Of a DNA stretch of 37,064 nucleotides, positions 1-13,400 are shown in pieces. The notes below the pieces were generated by a model. The model had not been told where the DNA came from, searched no databases, and worked only from the letters and a program-made list of their open reading frames with translations. The DNA is from Lenisia limosa (taxonomy: Eukaryota; Protista; Breviatea), in NCBI GenBank assembly GCA_001655205.1, contig LPNZ01003457.1, positions 1 through 37,064 on the forward strand, read 5' to 3'. Every line of letters begins with the position of its first letter. Position 1 is the first letter of the stretch. The translations under genes and the position numbers were made by a program.

Positions 1-111
1 GGGGGGGGGGTCAATTATGTAGCAAGGAGAGATAAGGGAGAATATGGAAATACAAGGAACACCAGAAAAAAAGATACCAAATCTGCATAAAGATGCTCTA
101 TGTCAGCTTAC

Positions 112-3100
112 GTCATTGAACAGTCAGCACCAAAGTAGTTGGGGTCACAACTGCACTCCCCTGCACTGCTGCATCGCCCTTTGTTGAAGCACGGCATATC
201 GGCTCCTCCAGGGCAAAGCTGGTCACATTTGTCTCCATAATAGCCCGAGAAACAGATGTTACTGCCATCAATAACTCCTTGGGGGGGGGGGGGGGNNNNN
301 NNNNNNNNNNNNNNNNNNNNNNNNNNNNNNNNNNNNNNNNNNNNNNNNNNNNNNNNNNNNNNNNNNNNNNNNNNNNNNNNNNNNNNNNNNNNNNNNNNNN
401 NNNNNNNNNNNNNNNNNNNNNNNNNNNNNNNNNNNNNNNNNNNNNNNNNNNNNNNNNNNNNNNNNNNNNNNNNNNNNNNNNNNNNNNNNNNNNNNNNNNN
501 NNNNNNNNNNNNNNNNNNNNNNNNNNNNNNNNNNNNNNNNNNNNNNNNNNNNNNNNNNNNNNNNNNNNNNNNNNNNNNNNNNNNNNNNNNNNNNGTTCCC
601 TCAAAGCACACCCCATGGTAGCACTCTACAAGGTGAGCAGCACAAAATGAACGACTAGCTAATGGCAGCACGTACCGATATCACAGGTCTTCATAGCACA
701 GGTGTCGCCCTTCCACCCCAGGGCGCATTTACAATGGCCCGATCGTACGTCACAGTACCCGTCATTCTCGCATATACCTTTGGGATAACTCACATTTCAA
801 ATACAAGGCAACTCAATTCAAAAACAAGAGAACTCAGTTCAAACACATTAAGTTGGCCCACCCCTCACCGGGACATGAGTTGCAGCACTCGGATTCATGG
901 AACACCTCACTGTACGCCACGCCCCCCCATGAGAAAATCGTCTTAGTCTTCTTCCACATCAGTAGCTTGACCCAGATCTTGAGCTTGCCAGACACAAACG
1001 TCGTATCAGCCGCAATGTAGTCGCACATCTGACAAATTAGTACCATTTCTCAGCCACATGTTCCGTGTTAGCACCGCTTTCGACACCCTCTCACTTTCAA
1101 GGTATAGACATTGGCAGCAGCAGCGGCCGGGATGTGACCGTCAAAGAGGACAATCTGAGGGAAGGATAAGCCGAAACCCATGTTTATATACATTACATCT
1201 GGAAACCGGAGCATGACCACATGTTTGCAAAACCCACTCCAAGCTCAACACCAGCACCCGCGATGATGAAGTCAACTCCAAGAGAGCCCGTGAGAACCAG
1301 TCTAAAACTATCAGATATCGCGCATATGGTCAAACGGCACGAAATAGGGAGTGGAATGAGGGGGGCCAAGTCACAGGTTGGATGCTTACGCAGGGGCTGG
1401 GGAGACATAGGCGTAGACTTGAGCCATGCCGTAGTCTGACACACGAGGATACAGTCCGTACTCGACTGAGAGACGACCGTCGAGTCGAAGCTCAACACCT
1501 GAGTCTTAGCACAATATCGAGGCTCAAGAGAAGCTAATGATCATTCAGCATACCGATAGGGAAGCCTGCAATGACAAATTTGTACACCAGGTGGAAGAAG
1601 TTCATTGATCCCAAGTCTTTCACCTTCGAAAGAAATGAGGACACAATGTACATATAGTATACATATTTCAAATATGTGGAAATGAGAAAAAACAAAGGAG
1701 TAACTGGTTGAAGCAGTAAACACCATCATGCTTAAACAATATCATATGTTTAAAAGAAGAGTTCACCCTGTCCACCATTTTCTGTACGCTACCCTGGATG
1801 GCGACTTGAGGCTCAGCGGTGCATGTTGATGCTACCACTTCGCATTCATAGTCACGAGCAAGAGGGAACCAGTAATGGAATCCGCTGATTGCCTAAGGTG
1901 TGAGACGGTTATAAAATACAGGGTCCTTATCACCCCATAACAGACCTTAACAAACACAGCACCCTTGAAAGCGAAACAGTCGGCTTGATCCAGCTTGACA
2001 CTTGCCTGAAAGAGTCAGGAAAGAAGGCCACCCTACCAAAACCGCGGACCACGCAGTCATAACCTGACGCTGAGTGCCGAAGACAAGGCCTGTTACTTCA
2101 CTAAATTGTCATATTGCACTCCTAGCATTGAACTTACCCCCCGACAAAGGCCTTAACGCTGATGTGTCCGTTCTCCTCAAATGTGTTGATGTAGTTGAAC
2201 ATGCCACTGCTTTCAAACCTATGCTGTCAGACCCGCTCAACAATCCAAGCGGAGTCTCATTGGGCCCACTTTGCCTTCACCGCAGATGGACCAAACTCCT
2301 TGTTGATGGAGAAGTCGGGGTTGCTTGGTTTGACAAACGAATACGGCAATTCAACTGGGTCACCTGCTAGTCACCCAGGAAATCATTCAGAAGTAAAGTA
2401 AAACGCAGCAAAATGGGTGTAAAAATGAGACAAAACACCTACCATTCCCATCAAGCCATCTGTAGGTAGAAACACTTTCGCCTGAATATACATAAGACAT
2501 CAGGTCAGAGACGGGTTTCAAAAAGATATTGCGATGCTCTACCATTCCTGGCCCAAAAGCGTGGTTCTTACCTTCTTCACGCAGAGTATCACTATAGTAG
2601 TCAGATGACAATACAATTGAACAACCAGGTAATTGGAAGATCCACCTACCGTCTAAGGCCTTTACCACCCCTCAAAGAGTTCCGAACGGCAATTCTCAAC
2701 ACTGCGGAGGCGTGGGTGGCGTTCACACCCGGGCGACTGTATTCAAATGACGTCATCACTAGCTTGCGTTGTGAGGCTGCAGAAGCAGATGGAGACGTTG
2801 CGCGTGCGCGTGAAGACAGGATTCCCAGTGTAATGGCAGATGTGCTTGGCGGTAAGTGTGAAGACTTTGGAGAAAAGAACCGAGACAGGTTCGGTTAAAT
2901 GAGGGGAAAGATTCAAAGGTATCATATGATATAAAATATATGATATAGTATCATATATATCATGTATGTATCTTCCTGTGGTAGCTCAACAGATTACAAA
3001 TTGGCTCCACATACCCCGGAATAAGAAGGTCGTCATCGGTGACATCATGAGTGACGGGAGTGGGGAAACCCTCGTTGACAATCCTTGAGAGAATGGAAAA

Positions 3101-5692
3101 CAGCTCCGCCTTAATGGTTAGAAAAACCACATAAACGCAGAAAACCCAAAATCACTTGCCATTGAAGTAGAAGCACATTATATAACTGGATAAGAGTTCC
3201 CGGCAACCGTAGGGTGTACAGCGGAGGCAGCCGAGGCAGCAAGACGGTGTCCCTTTTCACAGCTTGCCACGTCACCACTTTGACATGATTGGTAAGCCTT
3301 GTCTAGAGCAGAGGATAGCATCACGGACGACTGTGCGATGAGTGTCAAATCAAGATCAAAACAAAAAGCCAAATTAGATACTACATACTTATGATACAAC
3401 TATATGAATTATATATCATAGAGTGTTAACAGTTGAGATAAACAGGAAGAATGGGCCGAGGTGTAAAACAACGAATTCACTTCCCACCTGCGGCAGTCCA
3501 GACTGTGCCACTGCATTGGCGACAGAAGACGTTTTTTCGCTATTATCAGCTGTTAAGAGCCAGCTTCCCACTTCCACTGACAGGTCGTGGTGTGTCCTGT
3601 TAGATCAGATTCAATTCTCACTTCCTGCTAAGCCCCCCCCCCCTCTTACAAAAGGAGCTCGGAGGCGTATTTGAACATTCCTGGTTGCGAACATGCTTCA
3701 ATAAAGCCGGATAAGCTCTCATCCTCACTTCTTTTGTGTGTCGCTGGTGCTTGACGCACAATTGTGGTCTCGTTGGTCAGACAAGCAAAAGACACTGTTC
3801 TTTTTCAATGCAAAGTTTCAAAATCAAAACGTAAAAAGTCCCTCTTACTTGGGAAAGACGGGGCTTTGTTCTCTTCATTGCGACACCATGGTAGGACTGC
3901 AGCTCCGCGAATCCAACAGGCGCAAGAGTTGCTTCTAGAGAGAGGAGTCAATAAATATATATTTAGGAAACAAAAAATCGTTTTGTATACCTCTTCTACT
4001 GAGTGACTTGATGTGTTTCAGCTCAGCTTGTCCGCTGGCAGTCATAACTACACAATAAGAAGATAACACAACAAAAAGAGCATGAACGGGCTAAAGCAAC
4101 CCACAGTTCCTTTCGTCCCTTTTGTTAGTGGCCTGGGGAATAGTCCAGACAGTACTGACGGAAGCCTCCTCCAAGAGTCCACTGGCTGAGAAGTGGTGGG
4201 CACTTGTCTCGTCAATAACAGCCTGGTGGAAGGTTTCAGTGACATAAGAACAAAAACAGCAGTAAATCACGAGTCAACATGACTAAACCATTACAAGGGC
4301 AAACCTTAGTGTTATCGGAGTCAAGTGGTTCATCAGGGTCTCTCTCGACATTGGCTTTTATGACGTCATGACCATTGGCCTTGCCCACAACACTCAGCCC
4401 ATCATCACGCCGACTCGACACTGTGTACGTGCGGAGGATGGATGATCCTTCTATAGTGGCGTGAACCCATGTTTTAAATTGGATTTAGAAGAAGTCATTA
4501 AACCATATATACACTAACACAAGCTCGGCGGATATCATCAAACAGCATAGTCTGAGAAAGAAAAACAGTACATGGCATGCAGATCTCGCGGAGGTTGCAA
4601 CCCACCTGAGCGTTGCGCGTGAGACTCTGACGGGATCACTGTCGAGAGGACTGACAAGATGGACTTCTTCAGGTTGGCAACAGCCTCATCTTCTGACTGA
4701 AAGAGGGGTGACTTGCCAGATGGTGACTCTTGTAAACATAAAAAGCCCCATAAACGTGTTTATTTTCATAATAACTGGCTTTAGTTATCTTATCTCAGCA
4801 ACAGCCATAAAAACAATCCGGCCACAGACCTGCGGATAAATAGTGTCGACGACTTCCTGTTGACACGTCATCGCAAAATACAACGGGTGGTTTTGAAGGA
4901 CCTGGCTCACACTGAACAAATGAAAGCCTGCTAAGCTTCATTCAAGTGAGTATGATTTTATGATAAATATTCATCAAGCAAAGAAAAAAATTGTCAACAA
5001 AAAAAACACCTAGTTACAGTGATAGACTCTTATCAACGAAAAATCTCAACCAACAAACTCTTGGCTCTTGTTTTCTCCAGTTTCCTCATCAAGAACGTTC
5101 AAACTAAACGGTGAGCTGATAAACATTACTGCCCCTTCTGTAGAAAGACAAAATGATACTACCATTTGTTGATTTGCCCAATAAAGAGAATATTGAGATG
5201 CTTACGTGGAATGCACAACATCCAAAGAGAACCAGCTATGCTCATCAGCATCTTTCCCAGTCAAATGGACTGCAATCTGATAAATGTTAGTCACCAGCAA
5301 ACATCAGTCTATCCAGATTTCACCTCCAAGCTCAGCTCACTTCGCTCTCGATCCGTGCATCTAGCGAACCGTCTTCGGCACTGCCCTGCAAAACGTGAAC
5401 AGCAGTACCCCTTTAATACCGTCTATTTGTGAAATTCTTACAACAAATTAAAAACAACGGTTCAGCATTCAATCCACCAACCTCAACTGTGGTTCCTTCA
5501 GGAGCATCAGTGTACAGAGAAGATTGAACCTTGGACGAAATATAGTAATGGTGGACCAATAAACCATCCTCATCTGCACCATTAGAACAAAGGAGCAGAA
5601 AGAAGACACCTACGTGTACTGCAACCGAAGGGTTCCACCGTCCAAGCAAATAGGAGAAGAAACGGAAGCAGGGATCTCAATGTACTCATCAT
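112..5692 (-). CDS. Secreted multi-exon protein: signal peptide, vitellogenin/MTP-like (LLTP) lipid-transport N-terminal region, beta-rich middle, EGF-like repeats; 3'-partial (continues past the left edge)
   Basis: ATG at 5692 gives MMSTLRSLLPFLLLFAW (signal-like), then an intron GTAGGT..TGCAG. Spliced exons include QVLQNHPLYFAMTCQQEVVDTIYPQ, EAVANLKKSILSVLST and TIEGSSILRTYTV, which resemble Vitellogenin_N motifs (inference). C-terminal exons are EGF-like: CENDGYCDVRSGHCKCALGWKGDTC and CFNKGRCSSAGECSCDPNYFGADC. The last visible exon ends at a GTAAG donor at 111. The N-gap at ~296-594 may hide exons. Confidence 0.75.
296..594. other. Assembly gap (N run) next to a poly-G tract, in an intron of gene 1
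   Basis: N run preceded by G15. Confidence 0.95.
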
Positions 5693-6026
5693 TTTGAGCA
5701 CAATTAGAGACAACAGGCCCTCAAAATGGGCGAAAATCCGGTTAAAAAAGATAGGGCGTCGACGTACTAAAATGCGCGTGGGACTTAAGCAAATTTGAAC
5801 TTTTTGAACAATAGCAGCAACCAAGTAGCAACATGGAAGAAAGAGAGTAAACAGTTATAAAAAATATTTGAGGCAGTAAGTAAACGAAGAAGAGATTATA
5901 GCTGTTGAGATTTCTCACTTTCTGTTAAAAGGAAAGCTCTTCTACTGCTATTCCCAGCGTCAAAAAGGTTTTATTGCGAAATTCGCACAGTAGTTCTTGA
6001 GGAACCGATTTTACCCCCTCCTCAAC

Positions 6027-7330
6027 ATGAACATCAACGCTCCAAAGAAACCAACCTTCGACTTCATCCCCCGCCTGCCAGTGGTTTTCACTGAAGTAAG
6101 TGGGAAGTAATAATGGATTGTTGCATGGTTTTGTGCTTTAATGCTTGGTGAAATCACATGGATTGTTGCACGGTTGTATCAATGCTTGGGTAAAACACCA
6201 CATTACGGCTTGACGGTCCTTTCTTGTTTTAGGATTCCTTCAAGTCAGTGGTGTTCAAGGATGGCGAGGTGGCGGACTCCGTGCCGCCCCCAAGCATGAC
6301 TGACGAAGCTTATATCCCTGTGTAGGTGTGGGAATAATGCTTTCTCTCTAGCCCTCTCTTTGGACCGCTCAATATTGACTATCATTTGCTTCAGTTTTAG
6401 CTGACAGCATAGGCTATTGAACCCCCCTCCACTGCCATCTTTTGGTCCTCTCAAATTTACATCAGGTTTGCTATATCCTTTTTGATGGTTTCTGGAGACC
6501 CATCTATTCAAAATCACCATTTCAGATGATGAGAAAAAGAAGACGGCCGAGTCATTGCCAACAACAGCAATTAACACAATAATTGTTGCCTTTTTAAGTA
6601 AAGGTTGGGGGTCCAACTTTTTTTATGTATTTTTAATCAATCTCTTCTAGGTTCATATCCCTTGACCTTCTAGAAGCTATACCACCTCAAGTGGTAACAG
6701 AAGCAAAGAAACTAGAAAAGTGGCAGTGGCAGCCAGAAGTATGGCAGGCTTATTGTCTTTTACTCTCCTACTTGAGCATCATGCTGATATACTAAACCTT
6801 CTGTATGGATTCATACGATTTAGTGCATGCCACATGGACGGCTATTTGGCACCTCAGCGACCAGGCTATGTGACTTAATGGTGGAAGTTCTCTCTCCAGG
6901 TTTGCTATTGATGAATAGATTAGTGCTTTGGGTGTTTTTTTGGTAATGCTTATAATCAGATAACAACGTTAGAATAACCCTCACGTGTCTAGGACTTGCG
7001 GATGCCGTGATTTGTTTCATGTTGGATCACGTCAAAGTATGGAGGTCATCTTTTCAGTTCATCTCACTACTGCAGATTCCAACAGAGCGACAGAGAATTC
7101 TCGAAACGGGTTTGATGCTTGGTACGATTCTTCAGCAGCCCACGCAAGTGTTGTTAAATGACTCGTTAACCGGAGCTTCAGATGAAGTAAAAGTTTGCAG
7201 GGGAGGAGGGCACGTGATTAACATTTATATTGTTAAGTAGAAAAACAAATGTTGTCATCCGTGCTTTACTATGTAGGCACTTGTTGAGAAGCGATGGCGT
7301 TTAACCAATACGGAGTTTGAGATTTGGTGA
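6027..7330 (+). CDS. Hypothetical multi-exon protein (roughly 250 aa), no family recognised
   Basis: ATG at 6027 (MNINAPKKPTFDFIPRLPVVFTE|GTAAGT). Successive exons joined by GT-AG introns: DSFKSVVFKDGEVADSVPPPSMTDEAYIP, DDEKKKTAESLPTTAINTIIVAFL, MPHGRLFGTSATRLCDLMVEVLSP, GLADAVICFMLDHVKVW..GASDEVK, ALVEKRWRLTNTEFEIW*, with TGA at 7328-7330. Some middle junctions are ambiguous. Confidence 0.65.
6113..6201. repeat. Degenerate two-copy ~45 nt tandem repeat in intron 1 of the orphan gene
   Basis: atggattgttgca(t/c)ggtt..aatgcttgg..aaa..cac starts at 6113 and again at 6158. Confidence 0.8.
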
Positions 7331-7418
7331 TGTTTTTAGTCCTTGTTCTTGTGGGTGAGTGGACCCGACTTGTTTACTATTTAATCTTTGATGAAGGATT
7401 GGTTTGAAATTATACATG

Positions 7419-10400
7419 CTACTTTGCATTAATATTAGCAGTAACTAATGGCACACCTCTTGATAATGAAACAACATATCTATTACACTACAATACAATA
7501 CAACATAACCATAACACCCAATAAATAATCCCAAAAAATACCATTAATACCTGAGTTTCCGTACAGAATCAGCCAATGTCGCTGTAGCTCTTTTTTGCTG
7601 CCTCAATTCAGCCTGCACTGATATACCTGGAACATAAACAAGTACCCAAAAACAGCACTTCCTCACCTTTCTGTTGGAGTTCTTCAATTTTTTGCGCTGA
7701 CTCTGATAACACGCTGTGGATTGTCCGATTGTATTTGGTGAGAACCTAAATTGTCAATACTTAAACCCTTGGAACCCAAATAGCTTATATCCACCTTGCC
7801 ACCTCAATCCTAGACAAGGCATCCTGGAGGGCGCGGGCAGTGGACGTCCGTTCAGTCTGGGTCTTTGAAGACGTGTTTCGGAGATTCTCATTCACTCGTT
7901 GGAGCTAAGCAAGGGATTAACTGAATTGCCCCTTGTGTGTAATGGCAGTCCTTCCACACACCTCCTGAGTTTCTTGCATTCTGGCAGTCTCGGAAGCTGC
8001 TGCTGCCTGGGATGCCCGTTTTGCGGACTCCAACTGGGAGCCAAGTCGTTCGATTTCAGCCTCAGCTGCCTGAAGACCACTTGCCTAATATGGTAAATGG
8101 CGTTTGACCAGGAGTAGAATTTCACCTGTTTTTCGACCAGGATCAGGGCCGAACCGCGTTCCTGAATCGCCTCATCAAACTGCTGAGTGAGGAGTTTCAG
8201 TTTGCCGCGTTCGTTACTCAATGATGCCATGGCTTCCTCGAGTTCGTCATTGAGCTGATGGGTGAGGGTTGGACATTGACTCACCCTGGAGGTGGCAAGC
8301 TGTGACCTTTGGAGGAGTTTCGTTGTCGTCTCAAGATTATCGATCGAGTCACGTGACGGCTGGCTCTTCTGAAGTGTAAACTAGTGTTTTGAGCGAATCA
8401 CAACCTTGCCCCTCGAACCATCTGGGCAAGTTCCATTTTAGTCCTATCAAGCTCCTCCCTCAGATCAGCAGAAGCGATGTAGGCAGCTTCGAGCGTGGCA
8501 GCTGGGGCGGCGTGTTGAAGGGCGTTCTCGAGCTCACTCATGGTAGACTGATGATTAAGAAATACAGTCCTGGGATGCTTACCTGAAGAAGTGCAATTTC
8601 CTCTTTAGCAGTTTGCAGCTCTGTTTCCAGTTCCTTGACTCTCGGGTCGGCTTGAGGTACTATTACTGACCCACTTGAAGGGAGCTTGGACTCACTCAGG
8701 TCTCGAGGCAGCAAATTGGGCGGAACCTTCGGTGTTAACGCCGCTAGATATTTTCTCATTTGCAACTATTCTGCACCATGAATGATTGTGACTATTCTGC
8801 CCCCTCGCACCATGAATGATTGTGACATAGCAGCCGGCCTGGGGGGAAGTGTGGCAGTGAAGCTGGGGGGAGACGGTGCTACAGGAGTCGCGGGAGAAGC
8901 TGCGTGTGAGAACTGTTCATAGCTTGCCATAGTACTCCCCCCCACTTTGTTTAAGTGTTTGGTGAGCCTTCTGAAGAGCCATATGCGCCTGACATGTGTG
9001 ATAAAAGGGAAATGCCAGCAATCCCTGAACTCCCAGATACCTCCTTCATCCGAGAGAACTTGGTACTGAGTTGCTCCATGTTGGAAAGCTCAGAGTTCAG
9101 CTTGTCTTTGCACGTGGAAAGTTTCTCGCCTGAGGTTTGCACCTCTGCTTGCAGTTTTTTGATGGTATCTTTGGTGTCAGAAACACATCGTAGAAACAGA
9201 GGAATCTAGATATCAATTCACTCCTCCAACCATTTGCAACACTTAGGTTATTCTCCAACAAAAGAGTAGCCTTTTGGGCTTCAAGAAGATGCTGTCACGT
9301 TAAAAGAGATAGAGATATTGGATAAAGGGGATTGGGACAGCATAATGCGGAGAAATTGTCTCACCTCTTTATGAGCAACCTTGAGTTGAGCGGTGTTCTC
9401 CGCTAGACTGGAAGCGCGCAGGGTTGCCACCTCTTTTTCAAGAGCATCTGCCCGGCTCCTAAGGTGTAACAATAGAATTTACAAAGACATTTTTGCGCTT
9501 CCTACTTTTGCTCATCCCTTGCAGTCACGATTTCCTGTAGTCTCAACCTTGCCTCCTGTAATCTAGCCATTGCCTCCGCCTGCAACACCCGCAGCCTGGC
9601 ATCTTCCTCTGACAAGCGACGAACCTGGGAGAATGGGGTGAACAATAACATTTACATGTACATGTCCACATATTACATGCAAACTACAAACCTCATTAGC
9701 GGAGTTAGTTGCTTCGGATTTTAGCGAATTGTACTTTTCTATTCTGTAAAATTCCGCATCAATTTGTAATTCCAACCTTCAGAATCACTTGCCTTGTTGG
9801 CTGCTGCTCTCTCACGAGCCTCTGCCGATGTCTTGTCCTTGAGTGCTTGAGAAAAGTCGGCCTCCAGGTTTGTCATTTTGTTCTCAGAGTCCCTGGCCCT
9901 CTTGGTGGCACCTTCCAGTTGGACTGACAGCTCAACTGCCTAAAAAGAGAATAAGTAAGAGGGTGATTACAAACCTGTTTCTCAAGGGCTGCTGCTCGAG
10001 CTTGTGCCTGTGACAAGTCCTGTTTGACACCAGATGTCGAGGCTGCTGACTCTCGGGCCATACGGGCCATTTCTGCCTCTTGTCTTCCGACCACTTCAGA
10101 CAGTTCTGATGCCGCCTTCCGAGCCTCTTCCGCCTGGTGTGAGGCGGACTTGAGGCTCTCATTAGCAACGCTGAGTTTGGCTTCAAGGTCAGATGATCTG
10201 GTTTGGAGGGATGACAGCTGTGACAGCTGCGCATGTGCATTATTCACGTCAGCCTATAATTGTGAAGGTTTTGGGGGTGGAATTTAACAATCATTTTGGA
10301 AATATCTTACCTGGAGATTTTGACATTGATTTTGTGTTCTCTCCTGTTCCTGAAGAGACGTTTCAAGTTCAAAACGGACAGTTGCCAGGTCTTGATCACG

Positions 10401-13400
10401 TGATCTCTTCAAGTTCTCATATTCCATTTTGAGCTTATGAGTTGAGGCATCGGATGCCCGTGAGGCTTCCTGTAAACAGGTGTAGATCCGTTCGAGCTCA
10501 GCAAGATGGTCACGTGACACCTTTACGTCCGTTTCCAAGGCGTCACGTTCGCGTGTGAGCTTATTCAAGAAGTGTGCAGATTCTTGGTGCTGTTGTTTGC
10601 TGTCATCAAGAGCCGATTGTAGGGAGGCAATCTTGTCCTCTGCAGTTTTGGCTTTGTTTTTCGCATCATTGCGCTCATTTTCGGCAATTTGGAGGTCACG
10701 ATGGGCCTCAACAAGGGCAGCGTCATCATGCTGGCACTCAACAGGCTTGGCGTCGAGTTGTGCTTTCATCTCCTGTAATTCCCTCTCAAGCTCAGCGGCT
10801 TGCTGGGACTGGGGGTAGGGTGAGTAAAACTCCTCATTAGTATGTTGAAACAGCATATTGAAAAAAATAATTAAGGTTTCAAACTATTGCCCCTCCCCCT
10901 CCCAGAATAAGTTGTAAGAACCCCGACCTTTGTTTCAATTGCCTGAATCAGACTTGGTATTCCTGAAAAAGTTACAACTATTTAGAAATTGACTCACCTT
11001 GGTTGTTGAAGTTCTTCTCTAGCGCCTCAAGCTTGGCTTCCAACACAGCTCTTTCCTATGCAATGAAAGGCACGTGACAGAGCACTTACCGTTAGGGCGT
11101 TACTCAACTCGTGCTCCTTCTGCAACAACATACTTTCAAGTCTCTCAACATCATGTTTCAAGCTGCTGATCTGCTTTCGGTCTTTGGTTTGGTCCTCCAG
11201 GTAGGATTTCTCCATGTCGGCAAGCTGGCCCTCCATTGACTGCAATATCAGAAGCCAGTAGTCTTGCAACCCACCTTGACCTTTGACCTTTGTGAGGAGT
11301 CACGCATCGTGCGCGCTTCCATCTCAGCCATCCTTGCCGTCAGTTCACTCACGCGAGCGTCGGACTCGGCAGCGTGGTCACGTGCAACCTGGTGGTCAGT
11401 CCAGACAAAAGGCTGTGGGGCCCAACCTCCAAGTCCTCGAGAGCGGCTTCTAAGGATGGTGGCATGCCGTCAACTGGTGTGTGAGGTAAAGGCTTTGAAT
11501 CATTTCCAACCCTTCGACAAATAAAGACACCCAAGAAACTCGTCACAAACTGGGCGAAAAGACCCCGTACCGGAGTAAACGCTTCCTAGATGCGGCCCGG
11601 CCTTAAGCTGAGTCGTCAGGTCACTCTTGCTCCGGTTAAGGCTCGGGTTGCTTGTGGAGAAGCTGGGCAGGCCGGCGATGCTCATTCGTCGCCCCGGCCG
11701 CGGCAACACATTCTCGTTGATAGGTGACAAAGGGGCGTCAATACCTGCTGCTGGGGTCACGTGGCGTTTAGCAGTGAGACAAGGCACGATAATGCTTGCT
11801 TTTTTTCCATTTATAGCAAACGCCTACTGAAAGGAGAGGGTGCTCTTGACAGTTGTGAAACGGTTTGATGGCTTTCTTGGAGGACTGAGAGGAGTGCCGT
11901 GTTTTGGTCAACAACACGTGCTAACGCTGAAGTGAGTTCGGAGGGCGGGGCTGAGACGTTAGAATGCCCCCACATGCTGGTATTTAACAATATTTTTTGA
12001 TGTTAATACTCCAATCAGATATATTCACTCATAATGGTTACCTTGGTTGGAAGGAGGAGGAGGAGGCATTGGGCTGAAACCGAGTTCATTAGCTGCTGCA
12101 TAGGGGTCATCTGGGTGGTCAAGACATACCATCGGGTAACATACCGGCATGCATGGGAGAGACTGTAATAGATGGTGGTGGCGGCGGCGGGAGGGGTGAT
12201 GAGGGGACTCCAAATTGAGAGGCGTTGCGAAGAGAGGTCACTTCTGTTTTGCAATTAGTTAGTTCCTTATACTGGCTTACTCCTGATAATGATATTATCC
12301 TACAGCAAAACTCCGAGTTTTTACTGGGAGTGGTTTTCTGATTATTTTACAAGGGGTTTTCCTGTTATATAACATATTGTATGATATCACCCCACATACC
12401 GTTATCCTGTGGTAATGTTGGAGGGCGAGGAGGAAGAGGGGTCCCAGGGGCGAGGGATGTCAGGCCCGCTTTAAAGTTAAAGAGTACACAGCAGTTAGGT
12501 AAATAACAATGCTGTCACCTTTATGGGCACTCAGAGCTAAGAGAAGCTGCTGGAGGGACTCATTTGAAGTCTTCAATGCTGCTGTCTCAACTTGTCTCTT
12601 CATAGACGCTTTAGACAGCTGGAATGTAAAAACAACAAAAGGCGCCACCTTCATGTTTTGTGCCTCAACTTCTTTCTTGAGATTCTGTACCTTGTCTTCG
12701 AGGTGATGCCGCCTTGTTGACTCCTTCGACAGCTTCGTTTCTGCCTTGTGCAGAGTAGCCTGAATAGTTCCACAGGACTCGGTTCGAACAGAAGAGGATA
12801 AACATAACAAAACATGGTGTTCATTGAACAACTATGATGAACAATTAGAGTCACTTTTCACCCAAAAACCTTAGTGGATAGAAGCTCGTTCTTAGTGGTC
12901 TCAAGAATTTTCTGATTTGACTGTAGCGCATGTGAGAGCGACTCATTCTCTGCGTCGGTTTCTCTGGGGGGAGAGGTATTATCTTATTATTGGGAATAGC
13001 TTCAGTGAATAAGTTATCTGATCTTTTCAGTGAACTCGTCCACCCCCTTACCCAAAAAGCTCAGTATCCCTATCAATTTGGTCCTTGAAGCGTTTATTCT
13101 GAAGTGTCAGACTTCTGACTAGAGGAAAGGAAGACAACTTACTTCTTCCAAAACGCTCTCCATGTCAATTTCCATGCCTCTGATCTGTCTCTGGTCGGCG
13201 GTTTTCCTTTGTCTCTCAACTATTGAGGTGAGTAAAGACTAAGAGCAGGAACACATCAGAATTGATCGCACATACTTTCTTGAAGCTCCTCTGCCTCCCG
13301 GATCTGTATTGGTCAGAAACAAGAGCCTTGTAATGGGCCTTGAGAGGGTATACAATTAGAAATACCCCCTTTTTCTTATCCCAACCAACCAAAGTGTTGT

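Noticed and set aside
1-295. Poly-G tracts as G-quadruplex or regulatory elements
   Set aside because: They abut an N gap or the window edge and are intronic poly-C on the sense strand. Their length is unreliable and may be a sequencing artefact.
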